This document shows positions 39,768-51,116 of a stretch of DNA of 64,000 nucleotides, one piece after another (position 1 is the stretch's first letter; each line of letters begins with the position of its first letter). Under the pieces are notes generated by a model that did not search any database, was not told where the DNA came from, and saw only the letters and a list, made by a program, of their open reading frames with translations. Made by a program: the position numbers and the translations under genes. This stretch comes from an uncultured Actinomycetes bacterium (lineage in GTDB: Bacteria; Actinomycetota; Coriobacteriia; Anaerosomatales; CAVRZR01). The DNA is taken from the NCBI GenBank assembly GCA_963725795.1, contig CAVRZR010000003.1:517566-581565 (forward strand), given 5' to 3'.

Positions 39768-40718
39768 ATGCACGCGCCGAACAGCAAACCCGATGCTTCG
39801 CGTCATGCGAACGAGTACGCCCACGGGGGGGCCGGCGCAGAACGACTGCCCGAGTGGCTGAGACGGCCCCTCGCTTCGGCGGGACAGGTCGCCGTCGTCG
39901 AGGGTGTGCTCGGCGAGCTGCGGCTGAACACGGTGTGCCGTTCGGCGAAATGCCCTAACCGCGGCGAGTGCTACTCGTCGGGAACCGCGACCTTCCTCGT
40001 GGCGGGCGACGCGTGCACGAGGGGCTGCCGCTTCTGCGCGGTCGAATCGAGGACGCCCGCTCCGCTCGACGCCGACGAGCCCGCGCGTGTCGCGCAGGCC
40101 GCACTGCGGATGGGTCTTCGGCACGTGGTCATCACGATGGTCACCCGCGACGACGTAGACGACGGCGCTGCCGCGCACGTGGCGGCCACTGTCGCGGCGG
40201 TCAAGGCCGCTCTGCCCGAGGCGGACGTCGAGGTGCTCACGAGCGACTTCGGAGGTCGAATGGCGAGCGTCGACGCGGTTGTCGCCGCCGCGCCGACGGT
40301 CTTCAACCACAACCTCGAGACCGTCCCGCGCCTCTACGATCTCGTCCGGCCGGGAGCGGACTACGAGCGCAGCCTGGCTGTTCTCAGCCGCGCCCGCTCG
40401 CATGGCCTCGCGACGAAGTCCGGCCTGATGCTCGGTCTCGGCGAGACGCCGCAGGAGGTGGTCGCGGTCATGGATGACCTGCGCGAGGCGGGGACGTCGA
40501 TACTCACCCTCGGCCAGTACCTTCGCCCAAGCGCGGAACACCTGCCCGTCTCAGAGTTCGTGCGGCCTGAGGTCTTCCGCGCCCTCGAAGAGGAGGCGAT
40601 GCGCCGCGGTTTCTCGGCCGTGGCATCGGCTCCCTTCGTGCGATCCAGCTACCACGCGCGCGATCTCGCTGCCGCGGCGTCGCCCGTCGGCGCGGATCAG
40701 GTCTCCTCAGAGCTCTGA
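39768..40718 (+). CDS. lipA: Lipoyl synthase
   Basis: 'TVCRSAKCPNRGEC' auxiliary cluster, radical-SAM 'CTRGCRFC', and 'RSSYHA' near the C-terminus. ATG 39768; the ORF extension upstream is not protein-like. Confidence 0.92.
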   Translation: MHAPNSKPDASRHANEYAHGGAGAERLPEWLRRPLASAGQVAVVEGVLGELRLNTVCRSAKCPNRGECYSSGTATFLVAGDACTRGCRFCAVESRTPAPLDADEPARVAQAALRMGLRHVVITMVTRDDVDDGAAAHVAATVAAVKAALPEADVEVLTSDFGGRMASVDAVVAAAPTVFNHNLETVPRLYDLVRPGADYERSLAVLSRARSHGLATKSGLMLGLGETPQEVVAVMDDLREAGTSILTLGQYLRPSAEHLPVSEFVRPEVFRALEEEAMRRGFSAVASAPFVRSSYHARDLAAAASPVGADQVSSEL

Positions 40719-40773
40719 CGCGCCGGGTCACGGTGCCTTGCCTTGTCCGGAACCTGCGGGGAAGATACTCGGC

Positions 40774-41511
40774 ATGACCTTCGAACCCCGCATCTATCGT
40801 CGCTCCGTCGATCCCGCCGGTCTGCGTTGCTTCGAGGTCGTCGTGAAGGAGACCGACATCCTCGTATGCGCCGAGCGGGACCTCAAGGATCTCGCCGAAG
40901 ACCTGGTTCATCGGGCGCGATGGGACCTTGAGTCCTACATCGCGACGCACCCTCGCTTCGCCGAGAGCTACGTGCCGGTCCAGGTCGAACAGCAGGCGCC
41001 CGCCATAGTCCAGCAGATGGCCCGCGCTGCGTGGCGCGCGAACGTGGGGCCGATGGCAGGCGTTGCGGGTGCCGTAGCGGAGTACGTGGCTCGCGGACTC
41101 GCGAAGCGTTCGCCCAACGTGATCGTCGAGAACGGTGGCGACATCTACATCATGGGCACCGAGGAACGCACCGTCGCGCTCTGGTCCGGCAGCCCGGGCG
41201 TCGACTTGATCGGCCTGCGCATACCGCCGGGCATGCAACCGGTCGCGGTGTGTACGTCGTCAGCAACGGTAGGCCCGTCGGTCTCGTTCGGTTCTGCCGA
41301 GGCGGTCACCGCGCTCGCACATGATGGGGCGCTGGCCGACGCTGTCGTCACGGCGCTGGCGAACACGGTGCACGACGCCGACGACATCCCGAAGGCCATA
41401 GAGTGCGCCAAGCTGGTTCCGGGTGTCTTCGGCGTGCTGGCTACGGTGAACGGGCATGTGGGAGCATGGGGGAACGTACATATGACAGTGCTCGAACGTC
41501 CGGTCCAGTGA
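40774..41511 (+). CDS. UPF0280-family (ApbE-like fold) protein
   Basis: 245 aa: 'FEVVVKETDILV...', 'GPMAGVAGAVAEYV', 'NGGDIYI'. It resembles the UPF0280 family as I remember it. Confidence 0.55.
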   Translation: MTFEPRIYRRSVDPAGLRCFEVVVKETDILVCAERDLKDLAEDLVHRARWDLESYIATHPRFAESYVPVQVEQQAPAIVQQMARAAWRANVGPMAGVAGAVAEYVARGLAKRSPNVIVENGGDIYIMGTEERTVALWSGSPGVDLIGLRIPPGMQPVAVCTSSATVGPSVSFGSAEAVTALAHDGALADAVVTALANTVHDADDIPKAIECAKLVPGVFGVLATVNGHVGAWGNVHMTVLERPVQ

Positions 41512-41564
41512 TCACGGCACAGGCGGGGCCATTCCGCCCTGAGGGAACAGCGAGGAAGGCGAAG

Positions 41565-44001
<2,437 letters not shown>

Positions 44002-44012
44002 CGGCCCTGTCG

Positions 44013-45017
44013 ATGTCGCCCGCGAAACAGAAGCTGAAGGTGACGCCGGAGCTGTGCGAAGGCTGTCGGCCGGGACATTACGACTGCGAGAGGGCGTGCA
44101 AGGAAGACGCGATCCGTGTCGGCAAGGGCTTCGTCTACATCGACTGGGAACGCTGCAACGAGTGCCTCCGCTGCGTCGAGATGTGTGACGCGGGAGCGCT
44201 GTCGGCGCGAAGCGACTCACAGGAATCGGGTCAAAGCGCCCGCGTATCGACTGCGGCGCGTCCCGCGTCCTCGACAGCGATCGGGGGGCACGACCGCTCG
44301 GATCGCGATCCGAGCGTCTGGACAGAGATCGACGGCATCATCGCCCTCGCGGTCATGCTCGCCTCCCTCTTCGCGCTCAACCTCGTGCTCGGCACGAGAC
44401 TGGTGTCGCTCATGCCGCCAAGCGGGCGTGTGTTCGCTCGCGCGGGCGGACTCGCGATCACGTATGCGATCGAACTCACGGTTGTGTGGCTTCTCGCCAA
44501 GCGACACGGTGTCGGTCTCGCCCGCGCCCTGGGCCTGCGTCCGGTGTTCCGCTCGTTCGTGAGCACGCTCACCTCGGCGGGGCTCGTCGTCGCTATGCTC
44601 ATCGGCACCCGCCTGCTCACGACGGCTTACGGTGTGTTCACACAGGCCTTCGACTGGACGCCCGTCTTCGACTGGAATACGGATCTCACGAGGGTCTTCG
44701 GCACCGGACAGGTCGGTCTGACACTCACGATCGTCCTCGTCGTGTTGTTCGGACCGTTCGTGGAGGAGATCGCGTTCCGAGGTGTCGTTCAGCCGGCGGC
44801 ACGGCGAAGATGGGGGCCGATCGTCAGCATAGCGGCGACCTCGGCGCTCTTCGCCGTCTACCACTTCGACCCGTGGATGTTCGCGCCGACGTTCCTGCTT
44901 GGCGTGGCGCTCGGATGGCTCGCCGAGAACCGGCGCGGCCTGTGGCCGTCGATCGCGCTGCACGTGCTGTACAACGGCGTGACGGTGTTCGCGATCTTCT
45001 GGCTCGCGGCGCAGTAG
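44013..45017 (+). CDS. Fusion protein: N-terminal ferredoxin-like Cys-cluster domain + CPBP (CAAX/Abi) intramembrane protease
   Basis: 'CEGCRPGHYDCERAC' and 'CNECLRCVEMC', then a Ser/Arg linker and 6-7 TM helices carrying the CPBP motifs 'EEIAFRG', 'FAVYH' and 'HVLYN'. It starts 11 nt after ligA. Confidence 0.7.
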   Translation: MSPAKQKLKVTPELCEGCRPGHYDCERACKEDAIRVGKGFVYIDWERCNECLRCVEMCDAGALSARSDSQESGQSARVSTAARPASSTAIGGHDRSDRDPSVWTEIDGIIALAVMLASLFALNLVLGTRLVSLMPPSGRVFARAGGLAITYAIELTVVWLLAKRHGVGLARALGLRPVFRSFVSTLTSAGLVVAMLIGTRLLTTAYGVFTQAFDWTPVFDWNTDLTRVFGTGQVGLTLTIVLVVLFGPFVEEIAFRGVVQPAARRRWGPIVSIAATSALFAVYHFDPWMFAPTFLLGVALGWLAENRRGLWPSIALHVLYNGVTVFAIFWLAAQ

Positions 45018-45249
45018 GGCTCCATTCACACTTATGCGGTCGCAACCCCGGATTCTCGCCGAAACCGATGTCGCGACCGCATCTGCGTTGCCCCGAAGTT
45101 GCGCGCCCCCCGAGGGCACTCAGTCTATGGCAGATGCAAGATTCCCGCAATACACGGGGGATTGAGCTGAGACGCGAGCCGGACGACCCGAAGCCTGCGC
45201 TCGGGTATCATTGGCGCGTTCGTCTCTCTACGCCCTCACGGAGGACCCC

Positions 45250-45552
45250 ATGGCCATCTCCGAGCACGACGTCAGACACGTCGCGACGCTCGCTCGACTC
45301 TCGCTCACCGACGACCAGGTCACGACATTGCAGCACGAACTGTCGTCGATCCTCGACCACATCGACGAGATACAGAAGCTAGACCTCGCCGACGTCGAAC
45401 CCACGGCTCATCCCCTGGACATAGTGAACGTGGCCAGGGACGACGTGCCGAAAGAGGGCCTCAACCAAGAGCAAGCACTTGCGAACGCACCCGAGTCCGC
45501 CGAGGGCGCGTTCGTCATCCCTCGCATCGTCGGCGTTGGCGGCGAGGAATAG
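45250..45552 (+). CDS. gatC: Asp/Glu-tRNA amidotransferase subunit C
   Basis: 'VRHVATLARLSLTDDQV...LSSILDHIDEIQKLD' is typical of GatC. ATG follows ACGGAGGAC. Confidence 0.9.
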   Translation: MAISEHDVRHVATLARLSLTDDQVTTLQHELSSILDHIDEIQKLDLADVEPTAHPLDIVNVARDDVPKEGLNQEQALANAPESAEGAFVIPRIVGVGGEE

Positions 45553-47066
45553 TGGCGCCGAACGCAGGCGTCCCGAATCTCTCCAGACTGACTGCGAGAT
45601 CGGTCCGCGACGGCATCGCCGCCAAGGCGTTCTCGGCCAGGGAGATCACACAAGCGGCCTTCGATCGAGTGGGTATGCTGGATGAGTCGGTCCACGCCTT
45701 CCTCGAGCTGACGCCGGAACTGGCGTTCGCTGCCGCGGACGCGGTCGATGCGCGAGTGGCTGCCGGTGACCCTCTGCCACCTCTGGCCGGAGTCCCAGCC
45801 GGGCTCAAAGACAACATGAATCTGGTGGGCACCCACACCACGTGCGGGAGCAAGATCCTGGAGCCGTACCGGAGTGTCTACGACTGCACCGCGGTGCGGC
45901 GACTGCTCGACGCGGGTGCCGTCCCGGTCGGCAAGTGCAACATGGACGAGTTCGCGTTCGGCTCATCGACCGAGAACAGCGCGTTCGGAGCGACGCACAA
46001 CCCCTGGGATCTCGACCGCGTGCCGGGCGGTTCCAGCGGCGGGTCGGCTGCCTGCGTTAGCGCAGGCGAGGTGATCGTCTCCCTCGGAAGCGACACCGGC
46101 GGCTCGATCAGGCAGCCGGGCTCGCTGACCGGGACCGTCGCGCTGAAGCCGACGTACGGCCGCGTGAGCCGCTACGGCATCGTGGCGTTCGGATCGTCGC
46201 TGGATCAGATCGGGCCCTTCGGGAAGAGTGTTGACGACGCTGCCCTCGTGCTCGGTGCGATCGCGGGCAAGGATCCCATGGACGCGACCAGCACCGAGAA
46301 CGCGGTGGACGACTATGCGGCCGCGGTCGCGGCAGGCTCCGCCGACGGCGGGATCAGAGGGCTGAAGGTCGGCCTCGTCCGCGACCTGCTGGAGGTCGAG
46401 GGGTGTTCGGCGGAGGTGCTCGACGCCACGCGACGTGCCGCGGCGACGTTCGAGGGACTCGGTGCCGAGGTCGGTGAAGTCGACCTGCCGAGCGCGAAGC
46501 ACGGCCTCTCGGCGTACTACATCATCGGTCCGGCCGAAGCGTCCTCAAACCTCGCGCGCTTCGACGGCGTTCGGTATGGCTTCCGCGTGGACGACGCCAC
46601 GGACGTGCTCGACATGTACATGCGCTCGCGAGCCCAGGGATTCGGTCCCGAGAGCATCCGGCGCATCATGCTCGGGACGTACGCTCTCTCGGCGGGCTAT
46701 TACGACGCGTACTACGGTCAGGCGCAGAAGGCGCGCACGCTGATCAAACGTGACTTCGAGCGCGCCTTCGAGCAGTTCGATGTCCTTATCACGCCTACGA
46801 GCCCGACCGTTGCGTTCGAGCTGGGTGAAAAGGCCTCCGATCCCCTCGCGATGTACCTCTCGGACATCTACACGATCCCGGCCAACCTCGCGGGCGTACC
46901 CGCATTGAGCGTTCCGGCGGGCCTTGGTTCGGAAAGTCAGTTGCCGGTGGGACTGCAGATCATCGGCAACTACTTCGCCGAGGCGACGATGCTTCGCGCC
47001 GCGGCCGCGTTCGAGACCGCCGTCGAGTTCGATCCGACTCCGCCGATCGTGCGAGGCCTGATCTAG
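45552..47066 (+). CDS. gatA: Asp/Glu-tRNA amidotransferase subunit A
   Basis: Amidase signature 'GGSSGGSAACV...GSDTGGSIRQP'. GTG overlaps the gatC stop by 1 nt. Confidence 0.93.
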   Translation: MAPNAGVPNLSRLTARSVRDGIAAKAFSAREITQAAFDRVGMLDESVHAFLELTPELAFAAADAVDARVAAGDPLPPLAGVPAGLKDNMNLVGTHTTCGSKILEPYRSVYDCTAVRRLLDAGAVPVGKCNMDEFAFGSSTENSAFGATHNPWDLDRVPGGSSGGSAACVSAGEVIVSLGSDTGGSIRQPGSLTGTVALKPTYGRVSRYGIVAFGSSLDQIGPFGKSVDDAALVLGAIAGKDPMDATSTENAVDDYAAAVAAGSADGGIRGLKVGLVRDLLEVEGCSAEVLDATRRAAATFEGLGAEVGEVDLPSAKHGLSAYYIIGPAEASSNLARFDGVRYGFRVDDATDVLDMYMRSRAQGFGPESIRRIMLGTYALSAGYYDAYYGQAQKARTLIKRDFERAFEQFDVLITPTSPTVAFELGEKASDPLAMYLSDIYTIPANLAGVPALSVPAGLGSESQLPVGLQIIGNYFAEATMLRAAAAFETAVEFDPTPPIVRGLI

Positions 47067-47230
47067 CCGACTCTGCGTGGGCGGGGTCCGACCCGAGGAT
47101 GCTTCGGTGCACATCACCATCGGCTAGAATCGTCTGACCGTACGAAGGCAGCGCGGGCGCGGTGTTGCGGCAGGTCCGCAACTCCGCGTTCGGGCGACAG
47201 CCGTTCGATTTGGAGAGGGAGCCCGCGCCC

Positions 47231-48794
47231 GTGGCCGCAAGTACCACATCGATGTCGCGCCTCGAGGAGGTCCTCGAGCGCTGGGAGGCCGTGATCGGCC
47301 TCGAGATCCACACGGAACTCACCGCCAGCCGTACCAAGATGTTCTGCGGCTGCGAGGTCGCGTTCGGCGGCGAACCGAATAGCGCGGGTCTGCCCGGTCT
47401 GTCTGGGCATGCCGGGCGCACTACCGGTCCCGAACCGGCGGGCCATCGAGATGACCTTGCTCTGCGGGCTCGCGACGAACTGCGACATAGCGCCGTACAG
47501 CCTCTTCCATCGCAAGCAGTACTTCTACCCGGACATGCCCAAGGACTACCAGATCTCCCAGTACGACCTGCCCTTCTGCGAGCACGGGTGGGTCGATGTG
47601 GAGGTGGAAGGCGCGGTTGCGGCGCAGCGGGTCGATCGTTCCTCGCTCGCGGGCGCGACTGAGGACGGGTATACGACCCGGATCGGGGTCACCCGCATCC
47701 ACCTCGAAGAGGACACAGGCAAGATGATCCACGTCGGCGGGGCTGAGGGCCGGCTGGCCGGTGCGACGCACTCGCTCGTGGACTTCAACCGCGCCGGCAC
47801 GCCGCTGATCGAACTCGTGACCGAACCGGACATTCGGACGCCCGAAGAGGCACGCCGGTTCGCTCAGAAGCTTCGGCTCGTCTGGCTCACTCTCGGCATC
47901 TCGGACTGCAACATGGAGGAGGGCTCGCTCCGCGTCGATGCGAACGTGAGCATCAGGCGTCGCGGCGAGACGGAGTTCGGCACCAAGTCCGAGGTCAAGA
48001 ACATGAACTCTTTCAAGGCGCTCCACGACGCGCTTGTGCACGAGATCGTGCGCCAGGCCGAGGTTCTCGAAGGAGGAGGCAGGGTCGTCCAGGAGACGCG
48101 CCACTGGGACGCCGGTGCGAGGCGGACGAGCGCGACGCGCTCCAAGGAAGAAGCGCACGACTACCGCTACTTCCCCGAGCCCGACATGGTGCCGTTCTCG
48201 TTCTCGGCGGACTACATCGAAGGCGTGCGAGCGCAGCTACCCGAGCTCCCGGACGCTCGGCGCGCGCGCTTCATGGGCGAGTACGGGCTCCCTGCGCACG
48301 ACGCGGCGGTGCTCACGAGCGACCTCGACCTCGCGGAGTTCTTCGAGAGCGCCGTTACCATCGGCGGTCTCGAGCGAGCGAGGGCTGTCAGCAACGTCAT
48401 GCTGAACGAACTGTCGGCGTATCTGAACGCCGAGGGCCTGGCGGTCACCGAATCGCGAATCGTGCCGAGCATGGTCGCCGAGCTTGTGGCTCTGGTGGAG
48501 GAGGGGACCATCTCGGGCAAGCAAGCGAAGGACGTCTTCGCGGAGATGGCTGCGACAGGCGACGCTCCGGGCGCCATCGTCGAGCTCAAGGGCATGAAGC
48601 AGGTCTCCGATTCCGGCGAGATCGAGCAGGTGGTGGACCGTGTGCTCGCCGCCAACCCTGACGAAGTCGCGGCCTACCGGGCCGGCAAGACCGGTCTGGT
48701 CGGCTTCTTCGTCGGCCAGGTAATGCGGGAGATGCGTGGCCAAGCGAATCCGAAGGTCGTGAACGAGGTGCTCGCCCGCAAGCTCGGCGCCTAA
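47231..48794 (+). CDS. gatB: Asp/Glu-tRNA amidotransferase subunit B; one extra base at about 47384
   Basis: '[13 protein letters not shown]...MFCGC', then AAT AGC g CGG GTC TGC shifts frame into '[17 protein letters not shown]...'. GTG 47231 lies 9 nt after GGAGAGGGAG (ATG alternative at 47252). Confidence 0.9.
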
Positions 48795-48962
48795 CCGGCT
48801 CTGAGAGCGTCGGGCGCCTGATCGGCTCTGAGCACGTTCAGCGGGCGGTGGTTGCGGGACTCACGCACGCGAGCGTTCTCGCCCGGGTAGGTATTCACCA
48901 GGCTTCGTCCACCAGCTCGCGATCGCGCCACAGTGCGTGGCTCGCGGGCCTCATAGCGCGGA

Positions 48963-49787
48963 GTGAATGTGCACGCCCGGCAGGCAGACACACCCACACC
49001 CCGCTCCGACCGGCAGGTGCGGGAGTCGCACGGCGAGGTACGCGTCGGCACGAGTGGCTGGTCGTACCAGCATTGGGCTGGACGCTTCTATCCGTCGGGC
49101 CTGCATTCCTCAGAGTGGCTTCGGTACTACTCCGAGCGCTTCGACACGGTGGAGATCAACAACACGTTCTACAGACTTCCGAGCGAGAAGATGGTTCTCG
49201 GGTGGCGGGACCACACCCCTGCGGACTTCCGTTTCGCCGTCAAGGGAAGCCGGTTCGTGACCCACTTCCGGAAGCTGCGCGACGCCGAGCAATCCGCGGC
49301 GGCGCTCCTGCGCAAGGCCCGGCTGCTGGACGAGAAGCTCGGTGTGGTCCTTTGGCAACTCCCTCCCGACCTCGATCTGGATGCGGAGCTGCTCGAGACG
49401 TTCCTGTCGGTCATGCCCAAAGGCGTGCGGCAGGCGGTGGAGTTCAGAAACGAGTCGTGGCTTGCCGACGAGTCATACGAGGTTCTGCGTCGTCACGACA
49501 CTGCGATCGTCCATGTGAGCAGCGATCGGATGCCCATGGATCTGACCACCACCGCGGAGTTCGTCTACATCCGCTTCCACGGGCTGGCCGGCTATCACGG
49601 CGCGTACGTGGCGAGGGCGCTCGAGCCTTGGGCTGACTTCGTCGCCGAGCAGGCGTCGGCCGGAAGAGACGTGTATGCGTACTTCAACAACGATTGGGAG
49701 GCACGGGCGCCCGCCGATGCCGATCGTTTGCGCGCCATGGTGGCGAAGCGTCTCGGAGTCGGTCCTAGGCTTGGCGGGATGCGTTGA
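48963..49787 (+). CDS. DUF72 (UPF0759) family protein
   Basis: 'VRVGTSGWSYQHWAGRFYP', 'VEINNTFYRLP' and 'WQLPP' are DUF72 hallmarks. Start is uncertain (GTG 48963 or GTG 49017). Confidence 0.75.
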   Translation: MNVHARQADTPTPRSDRQVRESHGEVRVGTSGWSYQHWAGRFYPSGLHSSEWLRYYSERFDTVEINNTFYRLPSEKMVLGWRDHTPADFRFAVKGSRFVTHFRKLRDAEQSAAALLRKARLLDEKLGVVLWQLPPDLDLDAELLETFLSVMPKGVRQAVEFRNESWLADESYEVLRRHDTAIVHVSSDRMPMDLTTTAEFVYIRFHGLAGYHGAYVARALEPWADFVAEQASAGRDVYAYFNNDWEARAPADADRLRAMVAKRLGVGPRLGGMR

Positions 49788-50085
49788 TCCAAGGCGCGAG
49801 GAGTTCCGCGCCGCACAGCGGACAGCAGTCGTAGCTCAAGGGCACCACGTGTTGGCACCCGGGGCATTCGACATAGGCGTAGCCGGCGTAGGCCGGGTCG
49901 TCGGCGGGATGTCGCCGAGACAGACGCTGGTAGATGCTCGGACTCAGCACGAAACCGAGCGACAGCGCGAGCGCCGGTCCCGCGAGGCCCGCTCTCGCCC
50001 ACGAAACGCCGATGACGGACGCCGCCACGCTCCCGGCAGCGATCGCCAATACGAGCCATCCGAATGAAACTGCACGCCGAGTCAT
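49765..50085 (-). CDS. Small 2-TM protein with a C-terminal zinc ribbon
   Basis: ATG 50085 follows GGGAGGG. Two hydrophobic helices, then 'CPGC...CCPLC'. Its 3' end overlaps the convergent DUF72 gene by 23 nt. Confidence 0.5.
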   Translation of the reverse strand: MTRRAVSFGWLVLAIAAGSVAASVIGVSWARAGLAGPALALSLGFVLSPSIYQRLSRRHPADDPAYAGYAYVECPGCQHVVPLSYDCCPLCGAELLAPWINASRQA

Positions 50086-50160
50086 CGAAGCCCTCCCGCC
50101 CCGGTTGCCCTCAGATGCCGTATCGGTAAGCCAGCACCGGGACTTGACGGTCATGCTCGG

Positions 50161-50200
50161 CCAAGAAGCGCGAAAGCCCCCGCCGTTCATCGGCGGGGGC
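50161..50200 (-). terminator. Intrinsic terminator (minus strand) after the 63-aa membrane gene
   Basis: 10-bp stem GCCCCCGCCG / CGGCGGGGGC (50176-50200) with a 5-nt loop. On the minus strand it is followed by CTTTCGCGCTTCTT. Confidence 0.55.
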
Positions 50201-50248
50201 CTCGGAATGCGTTCATCGGTCTTGCCGGAGGAGGGCTGCCCCTGTCTC

Positions 50249-50440
50249 CTAGACGTTTCCTGCTGGCCGCGCTGTTGTTCTTGCACGCGCGGGCTCGGTC
50301 CTCGACTCCGCCGTTCGGGAGGCTTTGGCTGCGCTTATCTCGGCGTGGAGGATCATGCCGAAGAAGGCGACGACGCCTACCGCGAACAGGAACGCGAAGA
50401 GAAGTCCACTAACGATGAGGACTGCTGCCAATGCGGTCAT
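50249..50440 (-). CDS. 63-aa single-pass membrane protein
   Basis: Strong SD (AAAGGAGAGGGCG) directly before ATG 50440. One long hydrophobic segment 'LAAVLIVSGLLFAFLFAVGVVAFFGMIL'. Confidence 0.55.
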   Translation of the reverse strand: MTALAAVLIVSGLLFAFLFAVGVVAFFGMILHAEISAAKASRTAESRTEPARARTTARPAGNV

Positions 50441-50936
50441 CGCCCTCTCCTTTCGTACGATCAGTACGTGGGGCTGTGCTTACAGTAGTCGTGCGCGACG
50501 GAACGCCGGATGATGTCTCGGAGCCGGCCTGCTCCGCGATGCGGGCCTCGAGGGCGCAGACGTCTTCCATGCGCCCGGCGAGCATGAACAGCACTCCAGC
50601 GATCGTGATGGGGGCCAAGAGCACGACTGTCATCAACAGCCACATGCCGGTTTCCCATCCGAAGAGGACACCCCACACGATGACGCCGGCGGCGCCGGCG
50701 AAGAGCAGTACCGCGGCGAGCCGCTCGTAGGTCCACCCGATGAGCAGCGTTGCTACCGTCGCAGCGAGCGGGTAGACAGCCGTGGTCAGCGCCGAACCCA
50801 TGCCGCTACGATCGTAGAAGAACGGGCCCGCGAATGCCGCGACGATCCAGAAGATGCCTCCGGCGATGACGAAGCCCCGAGCTGCCATTCGCTCGATGTT
50901 CAGCGTATTGGTGTTACATGCGGTCTTCGCGTTCAT
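50409..50936 (-). CDS. Hypothetical 4-TM membrane protein (3' end uncertain)
   Basis: ATG 50936 follows AAGGGGAAGG. Four TM helices. The annotated tail runs over the next gene's SD. An alternative frame ends '...DIIRRSVAHDYCKHSPTY*' at 50461, so a frame break near 50515 is possible. Confidence 0.5.
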   Translation of the reverse strand: MNAKTACNTNTLNIERMAARGFVIAGGIFWIVAAFAGPFFYDRSGMGSALTTAVYPLAATVATLLIGWTYERLAAVLLFAGAAGVIVWGVLFGWETGMWLLMTVVLLAPITIAGVLFMLAGRMEDVCALEARIAEQAGSETSSGVPSRTTTVSTAPRTDRTKGEGDDRIGSSPHR

Positions 50937-51116
50937 GACCTTCCCCTTACTTCCGCAGGGACCTGCGTCCCAGCTGTATTGCCTCAAGGTGAATGTACGT
51001 CCAAAGCGAGCCACTCCTGTTCGATGGCGGTGAGAGGTGAGTTAAGGACTCGTTAGCGCGACGCCGGGAGTGCCGTCTGGGCTTTGGGTGCGCGTGAAGG
51101 GGGAAGATAGGGAAGC

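Noticed and set aside
45018-45249. T-box or other leader upstream of gatCAB, including a 10-bp inverted repeat ATGCGGTCGC...GCGACCGCAT (45034-45082).
   Set aside because: No T-box consensus, specifier or antiterminator arrangement is recognisable. The inverted repeat has a 29-nt loop and is more simply a terminator or spacer after the CPBP gene.
48797-48835. Short duplicated CGGCTCTGAG motif after gatB, considered as a repeat or CRISPR-like element.
   Set aside because: There are only two 10-nt copies with no regular spacer array. No CRISPR-like repeat structure exists anywhere in the window.
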